A stretch of 64,000 nucleotides of DNA, from positions 345,399 through 409,398 of the forward strand of contig JBAYIT010000001.1 of NCBI GenBank assembly GCA_041665485.1. The letters are read 5' to 3'. Below are positions 44,422 to 53,727 of the stretch, piece by piece; the stretch's first letter is position 1; the number at the start of each line of letters is the position of its first letter. The notes beneath the pieces were generated by a model. The model did not search any database, was not told the origin of the DNA, and worked only from the letters and a program-made list of their open reading frames with translations. A program made the position numbers and the translations under genes. The stretch is from Candidatus Shapirobacteria bacterium. GTDB taxonomy: Bacteria > Patescibacteriota > Microgenomatia > UBA12405.

Positions 44422-46068
44422 ATGGGTAATACAGATAGAGTGGGAGTGGGTGATGTACAGCGTTTTCTTGTTAGTCCTAGTACTCAAGGAGAGTTGGATG
44501 CGATGGCGACGGCAGCCTATGTGGCTCCACCACGAGAAGGAATTAGCATGATGGACCAAGAGTCGCCACTGAAACCCCCTTTAAGGTTTCAAGCTGATGG
44601 AAGAGGCGATTGGGTTTTGGTAAGCAGATCGTTGACTGTTCAAGACTCGGTATTGTTGGCAAAGTTTGACGATGATGGAGAAATTTATTATCGTTTGGCC
44701 AGTGGAACTAAGTTTCGCCAGGAGAACAATATTTCAGATAACGCGATTAGAGGCAGAATGAATAGTAGATATCAGATTGATAGCGCTGGGGGTGAAGTTT
44801 CAAATTGGACATATGGTGGAGTGTTTAATAATAAGGTGGTGTTGTTTTGTGCTGATATTTCAAGACCAGTAGAAGAAAGAGTAACTAGTCGGACAATGAC
44901 CATTGGCGATTTTCTGGCGCTTAAGGAGGCGCAAAGAAAGGGGGGTGTGATTGAAGGTTCGGTGAAACCGGGAGTAGTTATAAATGAAGCAGTTGTTAGG
45001 CCACAACTAGATTTTTACAGACCCAATGGATCGCCAGCAGTGGGTAACTTGTTTAGGTGTGAAAAGGCACTTTTACTACCCGATAATCATGGAGGTTTAC
45101 CTGGGTCGCCTTTTGGAAGGATGTTGGATGGAGCTACGGGGGGTGAGTTAGTAATGGTTCAAGAAGTGCCAGACAGAGGGGCTGAGATTGCGAGAGCGAT
45201 GCAAGAGACAATGGAGATGGTTAAATCTGGCAGGGCGGTTTATTTGATTGGTAACCATGATCCAATGATGATGATGGCGATGAGTGGAGACGAGAAGGCC
45301 CTTTTTAACTGGTTGCATCCAAAATATGGCCACGGCGACGCAACTATTAGGAGTTGTGGATACAATCTTCCGGTTGGTTTTGGAGATGATTTTGAAGAGT
45401 TTCAAAAAACGATCGTACAGATATCTTCAGAATTAAAAACAGACCCTCGGTTTCAGATTTTAAGAGAATGGGTTAAGTTTGTGGAAGATTATGGCAGAGT
45501 TTTTGTTAACATAAATGGTCATTTTGCTGTACATGCAGGATTGCCAGTTGATAAGGCGGGAAACTTGGTAGAAATGACTAAGCTTAAGAAAGATAGTTGC
45601 TTCAAAGGGAAGGTGGGCGTGGCTCTGTTGTTGGAAATGCAGATAGCATTGAGAAAAAAGGATATGGTGGCGATTGGTGAGATGTATGGGGCTAGTGCTG
45701 ATGATGGTGGTTTGAACCCTCTTTGGATTAGAGAGCCCTGGTTTGCCGTAGCCGAAAACCCGGGGTTAGTACATAAAGTTAGAGAGCAACTGAATGAACA
45801 GATGGCTCAGAGGTATCCTAATGATCCGAGGGCTTTGGTAGAGGTGGTTGTTTTGGGCCATTCACCTTGGAGGGGGGATGAGAGGTGGAAATCGCACTCT
45901 ATTTGTCCGAGATTAGTTTTTATTGATGTTGGTTTTGCTGATGATGGGCATGAAAGAGTGTTGAAATTGGAGGTAAATCCAAGTAGTCCATCGACAGTAT
46001 CGGCGACTTATTCGGATCCTTCAGGAAGGGATCCGGTGATGATGGTGGCGAATTATGATTTGCATTAG
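44422..46068 (+). CDS. hypothetical protein with PPP-family metallophosphoesterase-like motifs
   Basis: DNHGG, EVPDRG, YLIGNHD, VHAG and VVVLGHSP loosely follow the GDxHG/GDxxDRG/GNH[DE]/HGG/GH motif order of PPP phosphatases. Has an approximately 200-aa N-terminal extension. Confidence 0.4.
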   Translation: MGNTDRVGVGDVQRFLVSPSTQGELDAMATAAYVAPPREGISMMDQESPLKPPLRFQADGRGDWVLVSRSLTVQDSVLLAKFDDDGEIYYRLASGTKFRQENNISDNAIRGRMNSRYQIDSAGGEVSNWTYGGVFNNKVVLFCADISRPVEERVTSRTMTIGDFLALKEAQRKGGVIEGSVKPGVVINEAVVRPQLDFYRPNGSPAVGNLFRCEKALLLPDNHGGLPGSPFGRMLDGATGGELVMVQEVPDRGAEIARAMQETMEMVKSGRAVYLIGNHDPMMMMAMSGDEKALFNWLHPKYGHGDATIRSCGYNLPVGFGDDFEEFQKTIVQISSELKTDPRFQILREWVKFVEDYGRVFVNINGHFAVHAGLPVDKAGNLVEMTKLKKDSCFKGKVGVALLLEMQIALRKKDMVAIGEMYGASADDGGLNPLWIREPWFAVAENPGLVHKVREQLNEQMAQRYPNDPRALVEVVVLGHSPWRGDERWKSHSICPRLVFIDVGFADDGHERVLKLEVNPSSPSTVSATYSDPSGRDPVMMVANYDLH

Positions 46069-46073
46069 TTGAG

Positions 46074-47483
46074 ATGGTTGCCACAGACAAGAGAGAGCGA
46101 GGGAGTAAAAACGAGAGAACTTTGAGTTCTCTGGTGACAACTTGCGGGGTGACAGGTGGTTGGGTGTTGGCAGAAATACCGGGAATGGGGGTGGCAAGAA
46201 ATATTTTTAATGGAGTTTCGAGTGTAGAACAGGTTATGGGGATGGTGTTGACCGACGGAAGAAAATTTGTAAGTGATGGCCAAGGTGGTGTTTGTTATTC
46301 TGATGAGGCAGGATACACTAGCTTAGTTGTTCAATTAGCTTCAAACTTTGCCAGTACAGAAGCGGTACTTAGAGTTGGGGAGACAGTGGTGGATAATTGG
46401 CAGAGAGCTGGGCGAGTGGCTAGTGGCGAATCTTATAAAGCCGGATTGACAACAATGATGTCGGTGTTGGCTGATGATGTTGATCGGGCTCGGTTAGATT
46501 TGGTGGTTGAATCTCTGGAAAGGAGTAGAGATCCAATTGACGGAAAAAGAATTGTAGACGAGAAAGCCTTAGATGGAATTAAACAAGGAAAAATAAAATT
46601 TAAACCACACTTTATTGAGGGAACAAGTAGACGTGGAGTGAGTGTCTTTGTGTGTAAAACAGGACTTTTGGGAAGAGAAATTGTGGGAGAGAAAGAGTTA
46701 AAGAAGATCGCCACTTCTCTTGAAGAGGCGTCTCACTTATTTGGCTTGGATGAACCCGATAAAGGTAGCCCGATTATGTACGTTGTAGTGCCACAATGGT
46801 TTTTAGGAAAATATGCGTATGTAGACGAAGATAGAATGGTATTTCTGGGGGCAAGTTTGGGCGACTCTATTTCATTTGAAAATGTTTTGAAAAAGGAAAT
46901 CTGTGATCATGAAAATGTTCATCTGGTGTTAAGTAGGATATTTGGAGGACATCCACCAATACCGGATTTAGTTGAAGGGGTGGCAGTATGGGTTCAACGT
47001 TATATGGCTGGTTTGAGATACGAGAAGGCAAGAAACTGGAATAATTTTTTAGGAAAGGCGGTGGAAAAATTAAAAAGTGAAACAGGGGTTAGCAATGTTT
47101 CCGGAACTAAGATATTGAAAGATGAGGGTAGGGGGAATGCTTATGCTAATGCTTTTAAGATGGATGTGTTGGTGGGAGTGGTGGTAGCAATGTTTCCTAA
47201 TGATTGGGTAAAGATGATCAAAAAAATGTATTCTTATGGAAATTTTAGTCAATTTAATTCGAGAAAGGGCCAGACATTAATTGATAGTGGGGTGGTAGTT
47301 AGCGGGATAAGACAGAGAGATATATTGTTTGAATTGTTAGCTATGTCGATTTCTGACGTTGATATAAGCCAAAAAAGAGGATGGTTAAGATATTTAAATG
47401 AGAAACAAGTTCCGCCGCAGGATGATATTTTACCCAAATTTGTGGAAGCAATTATGGGAGAACTACTAGAGAAGAAAAAGTAA
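46074..47483 (+). CDS. hypothetical protein with HExxH motif
   Basis: 469-aa ORF. CDHENVHLVL contains HENVH. No family recognised. Confidence 0.45.
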   Translation: MVATDKRERGSKNERTLSSLVTTCGVTGGWVLAEIPGMGVARNIFNGVSSVEQVMGMVLTDGRKFVSDGQGGVCYSDEAGYTSLVVQLASNFASTEAVLRVGETVVDNWQRAGRVASGESYKAGLTTMMSVLADDVDRARLDLVVESLERSRDPIDGKRIVDEKALDGIKQGKIKFKPHFIEGTSRRGVSVFVCKTGLLGREIVGEKELKKIATSLEEASHLFGLDEPDKGSPIMYVVVPQWFLGKYAYVDEDRMVFLGASLGDSISFENVLKKEICDHENVHLVLSRIFGGHPPIPDLVEGVAVWVQRYMAGLRYEKARNWNNFLGKAVEKLKSETGVSNVSGTKILKDEGRGNAYANAFKMDVLVGVVVAMFPNDWVKMIKKMYSYGNFSQFNSRKGQTLIDSGVVVSGIRQRDILFELLAMSISDVDISQKRGWLRYLNEKQVPPQDDILPKFVEAIMGELLEKKK

Positions 47484-47502
47484 AGACTGATATACTTTTG
47501 AA

Positions 47503-48561
47503 ATGAAGGGATGGGGAATTTTGGAAAAAATTAGAGAGACGGGGGGGAGGTTTCGTTGCCATTTGGGAATGGATATGGGTAGCTGTAATACTTTGATGTA
47601 TTTGAAAGATCGGGGGGTGGTGGTGGAAGAGCCGTCGGTGATAGCCCGGATAAAAAAAAGAAGGTGGCAAAAAGAAAGTCGTTTGTTGGCAACCGGATCT
47701 AGGGCTAAAGAAATGGTGGAAAGAGAACCAAGACAAGTAGAAGTGGTTTGGCCAATTAAAGGAGGGATGGTTGACGACTATCGGGCGATGGCAGCAATGA
47801 TGGGTAACTATTTAAAGATTGCTTATGATGTGCCGGTTAAAGGGTTGGCGATATTAAGACCGACGACGGTGGTGGCAGTGCCCGGTTTGATGACTGATGT
47901 TCAATTAAGAGCGATATCGTCAATATTGTCTGACTTGGGAATAGGAGAGGTGACATTGGTGAACGCGGCGGTGGCAGCAACAATAGGAGTGGGAATGTCG
48001 GTTGATCGGTTTTCTGGAATAGTGGTTGACATTGGTGGTGGTAAGACGGCGGTAAGTGTTGTTTCGGCAGGAGGGGTGGTGGCGGAGAGAAACATTGAAA
48101 CAGGAGGAAATTCGATTGACGAGGCGATTGTTGGTTTTGTTAAAATGAAATACGGCGTATTAATAGGTAAAGTCACAGCAGAAAGGATAAAAATGAAGGT
48201 TAGTAATATGGTGGTTAGGGGCAGAGATCTGGAAAGCGGTTTGCCAAAAAGTATTATGGTGGGGGTAGCGGAAGTAGATGAGGCGGTGGCGTTGGAGTTG
48301 ACCAAAATTGTGAGGACAATTAAGTCAGTTTTAGACGAAGCCCCGCCGGAAATTACCAACGAAGTGGTTAGACAGGGAATTTTATTGGTGGGTAGGGGTT
48401 CGTTAATTTCCGGATTAAGGGAGATGGTTGAGAGTGAGACCAAAATAAACTGTATGCCCTTAGAAGATCCGGGAACGGTGGTAATTCGAGGGGTGGCAGC
48501 GATTGTCGAAGATAATCAACTAAGGGAAAGTGTTAAGCTGGTGTCGGGATATGGAAACTAA
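47503..48561 (+). CDS. mreB: rod shape-determining protein MreB
   Basis: GMDMGSCNTLMY (compare GIDLGTANT), AVPGLMTDVQLRAISS, VDIGGGKTAVSVVSAGGVV. Actin-like ATPase motifs. Confidence 0.85.
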   Translation: MKGWGILEKIRETGGRFRCHLGMDMGSCNTLMYLKDRGVVVEEPSVIARIKKRRWQKESRLLATGSRAKEMVEREPRQVEVVWPIKGGMVDDYRAMAAMMGNYLKIAYDVPVKGLAILRPTTVVAVPGLMTDVQLRAISSILSDLGIGEVTLVNAAVAATIGVGMSVDRFSGIVVDIGGGKTAVSVVSAGGVVAERNIETGGNSIDEAIVGFVKMKYGVLIGKVTAERIKMKVSNMVVRGRDLESGLPKSIMVGVAEVDEAVALELTKIVRTIKSVLDEAPPEITNEVVRQGILLVGRGSLISGLREMVESETKINCMPLEDPGTVVIRGVAAIVEDNQLRESVKLVSGYGN

Positions 48562-50083
48562 CAAACAAAGAATCTATTGGTTGTTGATGTGGTGTTTGGT
48601 GTCGTCATTGGGACTTTTGGTGGTGATTAGTTTTAGAACGATGATTATTCGGGGCGGGTATTATCGAAATTTGGCGATGGGCAATAAAATTCGGGAGATT
48701 GTGATTCCGGCCCCCAGAGGTAAAATTGTTGACCGTAAAGGCAGAGTGGTGGCTTTAGATAAATTCCAATACAAAAATGGGGTTCCCGGAGAATTTTTGG
48801 GATGGCAATTTGAGGGCAAAGATTTGGCAGTGAAAATAAATCGATATTATCCGTATGGAGAATCGATGGCGACAGTGACAGGATGGGTGGAAAAGGCTGG
48901 GGTAGAGGCGGTAAAGAATAAGGAGTTGTCTGGGGTTTCGGGAAAAAGGTTGGTGGAAGTTGACGCTTTGGGTGATTTTATGAGAGAGCTTGGTGGCCAG
49001 AATCCTGAAGTAGGCAAAGATTTGGAGCTAACAATTGATGCTTATTGGCAGGAAAAGTTGTATCAAATAATGACAGGAGCCGGAGTTAAAGGAGCGGTGG
49101 TGGTGTCGGAGCCGGCAACGGGCAAAATAATTGCCATGGTGTCAACACCTTCTTACGACCCGAATATGTTTACCAATATATTGGACAATCAAAAAATTGG
49201 AGAATATCTAAATGATGAAAAAGGATTTCCCCTGCTTAATCGAGTAGTGGCGGCCAGATATCATCCGGGGAGCGTTTTCAAAATTGCTGTAGCCATAGGC
49301 GGATTGGAAAGTGGAGTAGTGTCAAAAAATGACACTTTTGAGGACACTGGGGTAATTAAAATCGGTGATTATAGCTATACTAATTGGTTGTGGAATAAGT
49401 CAGGGGGGACTGACGGAATGGTGGACATGGTAAAGGCGTTGAAACGATCTAATGACATTTATTTTTATAGATTGGGGGAAAAAATGGGGGCGGAAAAAAT
49501 TAAGGAATGGGCGGTAAAATTGGGATTGGGGGAGAAAACTGGAGTGGAATTGCCAGGAGAATTGGCTGGAGTAATACCTGATCCTAATTGGAAGTGGGAA
49601 ACAAGAAGGGAAAAGTGGTTTTTGGGAAATACTTTTCATATGGCCATTGGCCAGGGTGATGTGGACGTGACTCCATTGCAAATTAATTTAATTACTAATG
49701 TGGTGGCCAGTGGGGGAATGAGGTGCCAGCCGACAATAATTTCGGGGGCGGAAAAGTGTAAGGATTTGGGCTTAAAAACAGAGACACTGGCAGTAATTAA
49801 AGAGGGGATGATGGCAGCGTGTAGTAGTGGCGGAACGGCCTATCCTTTGGTAAACTTTAAAACAAGATTGGCCTGTAAAACAGGAACGGCGGAAGTGGGA
49901 GACGGCAGTAAAGATACCCATGCCTGGCTAACGGCTTTTGGGCCGGCAGAAAATCCGGAAATATCAATAACAATGGTGGTGGAGAAAGGTGGGGAGGGTA
50001 GCGATGTGGCCGCGCCGTTGGTGGGGGATTTTTTGAAAGAATGGTTTGAGGAACCAGGGACTGTAATAGTTAGAAAGAAATAA
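48551..50083 (+). CDS. mrdA: penicillin-binding protein 2 (transpeptidase)
   Basis: N-terminal TM. SxxK PGSVFK, SxN KRSNDIY and KTG CKTGTAEV active-site triad. ATG at 48551 preferred. Confidence 0.8.
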   Translation: METNKQRIYWLLMWCLVSSLGLLVVISFRTMIIRGGYYRNLAMGNKIREIVIPAPRGKIVDRKGRVVALDKFQYKNGVPGEFLGWQFEGKDLAVKINRYYPYGESMATVTGWVEKAGVEAVKNKELSGVSGKRLVEVDALGDFMRELGGQNPEVGKDLELTIDAYWQEKLYQIMTGAGVKGAVVVSEPATGKIIAMVSTPSYDPNMFTNILDNQKIGEYLNDEKGFPLLNRVVAARYHPGSVFKIAVAIGGLESGVVSKNDTFEDTGVIKIGDYSYTNWLWNKSGGTDGMVDMVKALKRSNDIYFYRLGEKMGAEKIKEWAVKLGLGEKTGVELPGELAGVIPDPNWKWETRREKWFLGNTFHMAIGQGDVDVTPLQINLITNVVASGGMRCQPTIISGAEKCKDLGLKTETLAVIKEGMMAACSSGGTAYPLVNFKTRLACKTGTAEVGDGSKDTHAWLTAFGPAENPEISITMVVEKGGEGSDVAAPLVGDFLKEWFEEPGTVIVRKK

Positions 50084-50193
50084 CCAAATTCCAATTTTCA
50101 ATTTTCAATGAATTTATTAATTTTAAAAATTTTCAATTGAAAATTAATACATTAGAATATTCATTGGATTTTGGAATTTGAAAATTGAAAATT

Positions 50194-50844
50194 ATGACTT
50201 TGGCGATTGGTAAATTAGTTAGAGATTTCTCAGAACTATTAAAACAGATACCGGATTGTCCCCATAAATTATATTGTTTGGGAAATATTGATTTACTGCG
50301 AGAAAAGAAAATAGTGGCGGTGGTGGGGAGCCGAAAAATGAGTGATTATGGTAAGCTCATGGTGGAAAAATTGGTTGTTGAGGCGGTGAAAAACGATTGG
50401 GTAATTGTGGCGGGGATGGCCCTGGGGGTGGATGCGTGGGTGCACCAGGTTTGCCTTGACAATAAAGGGAAAACGATAGCAGTTTTAGCGGGAGGAGTGG
50501 AAAGGCCTAGGCCGGCAGCTAACCAACAAATATATCAAAGTATAATAGACGGGGGTGGTTTAGTTATTTCAGAAGACAGGGAAGGGAGTGTTATAGATAA
50601 GAATAGCTTCTTAAGAAGAAATCGAATTGTGGCCGGATTGAGCTTGGGGGTGGTGGTGATTGAGGGAGAGAGGAGAAGTGGAACTTTGAATACGGCTGGT
50701 TGGGCGGGGAAATTTGGGCGAGAAGTGATGGCTATTCCGGGAAGGATTGGAGATAGCCTGTCAGAAGCACCGAATTGGCTTATTAAGAATGGGGCGGGAT
50801 TAGTGGAAAATTTCAGCGATGTCGCTGAAATTTTAGGAAACTAG
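50194..50844 (+). CDS. dprA: DNA processing protein DprA (Rossmann domain)
   Basis: VVGSRKMSDYG, IVAGMALGVDAWVHQ, VLAGGVE and IEGERRSGTLNTAGWAGKFGREVMAIPG match the DprA core. Lacks an N-terminal SAM domain. Confidence 0.8.
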   Translation: MTLAIGKLVRDFSELLKQIPDCPHKLYCLGNIDLLREKKIVAVVGSRKMSDYGKLMVEKLVVEAVKNDWVIVAGMALGVDAWVHQVCLDNKGKTIAVLAGGVERPRPAANQQIYQSIIDGGGLVISEDREGSVIDKNSFLRRNRIVAGLSLGVVVIEGERRSGTLNTAGWAGKFGREVMAIPGRIGDSLSEAPNWLIKNGAGLVENFSDVAEILGN

Positions 50845-50949
50845 AAACTAGTAACTAGATACAAGATGTTGACAGGGGATGATAAGATAGACGACAATGC
50901 TTGAAGTTCATCAAGTAGAAAGTTAGAAAGTTTATCAAGTAGAAAATTC

Positions 50950-52938
50950 ATGAAGAATTTATTGATAGTCGAGTCGCCGACAAAGGCGAGAACAATTTCC
51001 AAGTACTTGGGCAAGGATTATGAAGTGGTGGCAACGGTGGGACATTTGCGGGATTTGCCAAAGAATAAGATGGCGATTGATATTAAGAACAATTTTGAAC
51101 CGGAATATGTGGTGGATTCGGAAAAAAAGAAAATAGTTGATGGTTTACTTTCGGCAGCTAAACGAGCGGAGAGAATTATATTGGCAACTGATCCGGATCG
51201 AGAAGGAGAAGCGATAGCGTTTCATGTAAAATTTCTAATTTCCAATAACCAATTTCCAAACAAATCACAAAAAACAAGCTCAAAAAAACAAATTTCGAGG
51301 ATTACGTTTCATGAAATTACTAAGGAGGCGGTGGAAGAAGCGCTGAAAGGGGCGAGGGAGGTGGATATGAATATGGTAAATGCCCAGCAGGGGAGGCGGG
51401 TGTTGGATCGATTGGTGGGTTATTCGTTATCGCCGGTGTTGTGGCGGAAAGTACGCCGAGGTTTGTCGGCGGGGAGAGTGCAGTCGGTGGCCGTCAGACT
51501 AATTGCGGAGCGGGAAAAGGAGATAGAAAGTTTTACTAAATCAAAATTTTTCCGGCTTAAAGCCGTGCTGGGGAAGAAAAAGTTTGAAGCAGAAATGACG
51601 AGATGGAAGGGAGAAAGAACAGAAATAACAACCAAAATAAAGTTATTTGATGGAATTTACAGCTTTTCGAAATCTATTTTTGAAAACAAAATTAAGGTAG
51701 AGGAGATAAAAGAGATTTTAGCGAGAGGGAAATTTGAAGTAACCGACGTTAAAATGAGCGAAACACATCGCCATCCATTACCGCCGTTAACAACGTCGAA
51801 AATGCAACAGGTGGCGGCCAGGCGATTTGGCTGGAGTGGTAAGCAGACAATGCGGATTGCCCAAAGACTGTACGAACAGGGGTTAATTACTTATCATCGG
51901 ACCGATGCTGTGAACATTTCAGAAAAAGCCATAGAAGATTTTCGCAGATATATAAAGGAGCGGATCGGGGCGGAGTATGTAGCGGAAAAAGAAAGGCATT
52001 TTAAGAATACGTCAAAGAACGCCCAAGAAGCCCATGAAGCCATTAGGCCAACCAGCGCTTTTTCCGATGTAGAAGAAATTGATAGTAAAGAAAAGAAGCT
52101 TTATGAATTGATTTGGAAGAGAGCAGTGGCCACCCAGGCTTCAAGTGCGGTTTTGGACACGACTAAAATAACTTTAAAAAATAATGAGGGAGAATTTAAT
52201 AGTGGCGGAGTGGTGGTGAAGTTCCCTGGATTTTTAAAAATTACTGAAGATAAAACCGAAGAGCAGGAATTGCCAAAATTGGCGGTGGGGGAGACTTTGG
52301 ATGGCGAAGTGGCGGTGGAGGAGCTGGAAACCAGCCCACCTCCCCGTTATAGCGATGCCTCGCTGGTGTCGTCTTTGGAAAAGCAGGGAATAGGCCGACC
52401 TAGCACCTATGCCCCAATTATTAGCACAATTCTCGATCGGCAATATGTAGAGAGAGAGGAGGGGAGGTTTAGGCCGACTGGATTAGGCACGGCGGTAAAT
52501 GAATTTTTGGTGGCTAATTTTGCCAGAGAGGTGGATTTGCCGTTTACGGCCGGGATGGAGGAGGAGCTGGATGAGGTGGCTCTGGGCAAAGTTGATTGGC
52601 GAAAAATGATAGGTAATTTTTGGGAAAAGTTTGAAAAAGAGGTGGTGCTGGCGTCGGATCAGGCGGATAGAGTTAGGGTGGCGGTGGAGAAGACAGGGGA
52701 GAAGTGTCCGGAGTGCAAGGTTGGTGACTTGGTGATAAGGCTAGGAAGATTTGGCAAGTTTATTTCCTGTGATCGGTTTCCGGGATGTAAATATACGGGA
52801 AAACTAGTGGAAAAGGCGGGATTTAACTGCCCGTTGTGTGGCGGGGAGGGAGTGGTTAAGAAAACCCGCACCGGCCGTAAATTTTACGGCTGTGCTAACT
52901 ACCCTAATTGCAAATGGGCGGGGTGGAAAAAGCCGTAA
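50950..52938 (+). CDS. topA: DNA topoisomerase I
   Basis: TOPRIM N-terminus LLIVESPTKARTISKYLG, active-site region LITYHRTD, and C-terminal C4 zinc ribbons (CPECK..C, CPLCGG..C). Low-complexity insert ISNNQFPNKSQKTSSKKQIS. Confidence 0.9.
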   Translation: MKNLLIVESPTKARTISKYLGKDYEVVATVGHLRDLPKNKMAIDIKNNFEPEYVVDSEKKKIVDGLLSAAKRAERIILATDPDREGEAIAFHVKFLISNNQFPNKSQKTSSKKQISRITFHEITKEAVEEALKGAREVDMNMVNAQQGRRVLDRLVGYSLSPVLWRKVRRGLSAGRVQSVAVRLIAEREKEIESFTKSKFFRLKAVLGKKKFEAEMTRWKGERTEITTKIKLFDGIYSFSKSIFENKIKVEEIKEILARGKFEVTDVKMSETHRHPLPPLTTSKMQQVAARRFGWSGKQTMRIAQRLYEQGLITYHRTDAVNISEKAIEDFRRYIKERIGAEYVAEKERHFKNTSKNAQEAHEAIRPTSAFSDVEEIDSKEKKLYELIWKRAVATQASSAVLDTTKITLKNNEGEFNSGGVVVKFPGFLKITEDKTEEQELPKLAVGETLDGEVAVEELETSPPPRYSDASLVSSLEKQGIGRPSTYAPIISTILDRQYVEREEGRFRPTGLGTAVNEFLVANFAREVDLPFTAGMEEELDEVALGKVDWRKMIGNFWEKFEKEVVLASDQADRVRVAVEKTGEKCPECKVGDLVIRLGRFGKFISCDRFPGCKYTGKLVEKAGFNCPLCGGEGVVKKTRTGRKFYGCANYPNCKWAGWKKP

Positions 52939-52944
52939 GGATTT

Positions 52945-53271
52945 TTAGATCGAAGCTTGGTTTGTGGCCTCGCAAGTGCCGTTTATAATCTCGTAAGCCT
53001 TAGCCAAAGTTATTGTTTGGTCACATTGACGAGTTTTAGGACATTGTGCGCAGATAGCATTAGTTAATCCTGCGAGCGGAGTGACTTCTGTGCCATCTGG
53101 CATTGTTACTTTTTCTAAGGCAATCCTTCTTGCCTCTTTCTTTGCTTGACAGATATCAGGTTGTTTAGGGTCTATCGGAAAAACTCTCTCTCCTTTGTCG
53201 TCCTCTTTCCAAAGAATAGTGTTTGCTGTCCTAATTAATTCTCTTTTTGTTGCCATGTCGGTATTATACAA
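52945..53271 (-). CDS. hypothetical protein
   Basis: 108-aa ORF downstream of the ATPase gene and small ORFs on the same strand. Four Cys. No family recognised. Confidence 0.4.
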   Translation of the reverse strand: MYNTDMATKRELIRTANTILWKEDDKGERVFPIDPKQPDICQAKKEARRIALEKVTMPDGTEVTPLAGLTNAICAQCPKTRQCDQTITLAKAYEIINGTCEATNQASI

Positions 53272-53463
53272 AATTTATTATGAGATTCTAGGGGTTAGAT
53301 TTGGGAGCCGGAACGACCAACTAAAATATCAGTAGGTTTGATTTCTCCAATGATATTTAAATTGGTTCTGGATGGTTCTGCTCCTTTTGTTCCAGGTTTC
53401 ATTTCTAAACCAGTAGGACTTTTAAAAAATTCTGGTGATTTCATATTTGATAAAAATTAATAA

Positions 53464-53619
53464 TTAAATTTTATTGAGTTGAGATAACCGAGTGGTTAAG
53501 GCTTCGTAGACCCTTGCTTGGAGTTCGATAGGGGAAGCCTCGATTATTTTTTCGAGTGATGGGCCTTTTTCAACTGGTTTATGTAATTCTGGCTTGAAGC
53601 CGATTGGTGATCTTTCCAT
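53464..53619 (-). CDS. hypothetical small protein (51 aa)
   Basis: Hand-translated ATG..TAA ORF MERSPIGFKPELHKPVEKGPSLEKIIEASPIELQARVYEALTTRLSQLNKI. Not in supplied track (below 60 aa). Confidence 0.2.
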   Translation of the reverse strand: MERSPIGFKPELHKPVEKGPSLEKIIEASPIELQARVYEALTTRLSQLNKI

Positions 53620-53686
53620 AATCTTATAATAATGATTATTAATTAAATATAGGCTGGCCTATAAGAGATGTCAAGGGGGGAATTTG

Positions 53687-53727
53687 GATCTTAGATCTTG
53701 GATCTTAGTTCTTAGATTCTAGATTAC
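53687..53727. repeat. gatctta heptamer tandem array
   Basis: ggatcttagatcttggatcttagttcttagattctagattac at the 3' end of the ATPase gene. Same family at 60048-60080, 42445-42476 and 41270-41305. Confidence 0.8.

Noticed and set aside
53283-53445. Second small ORF (MKSPEFFKSPTG...) downstream of the ATPase
   Set aside because: Careful re-translation gives only 38 codons (MKSPEFFKSPTGLEMETWNKRSRTIQNQFKYHWRNQTY) with no supporting features. Mentioned only as context.
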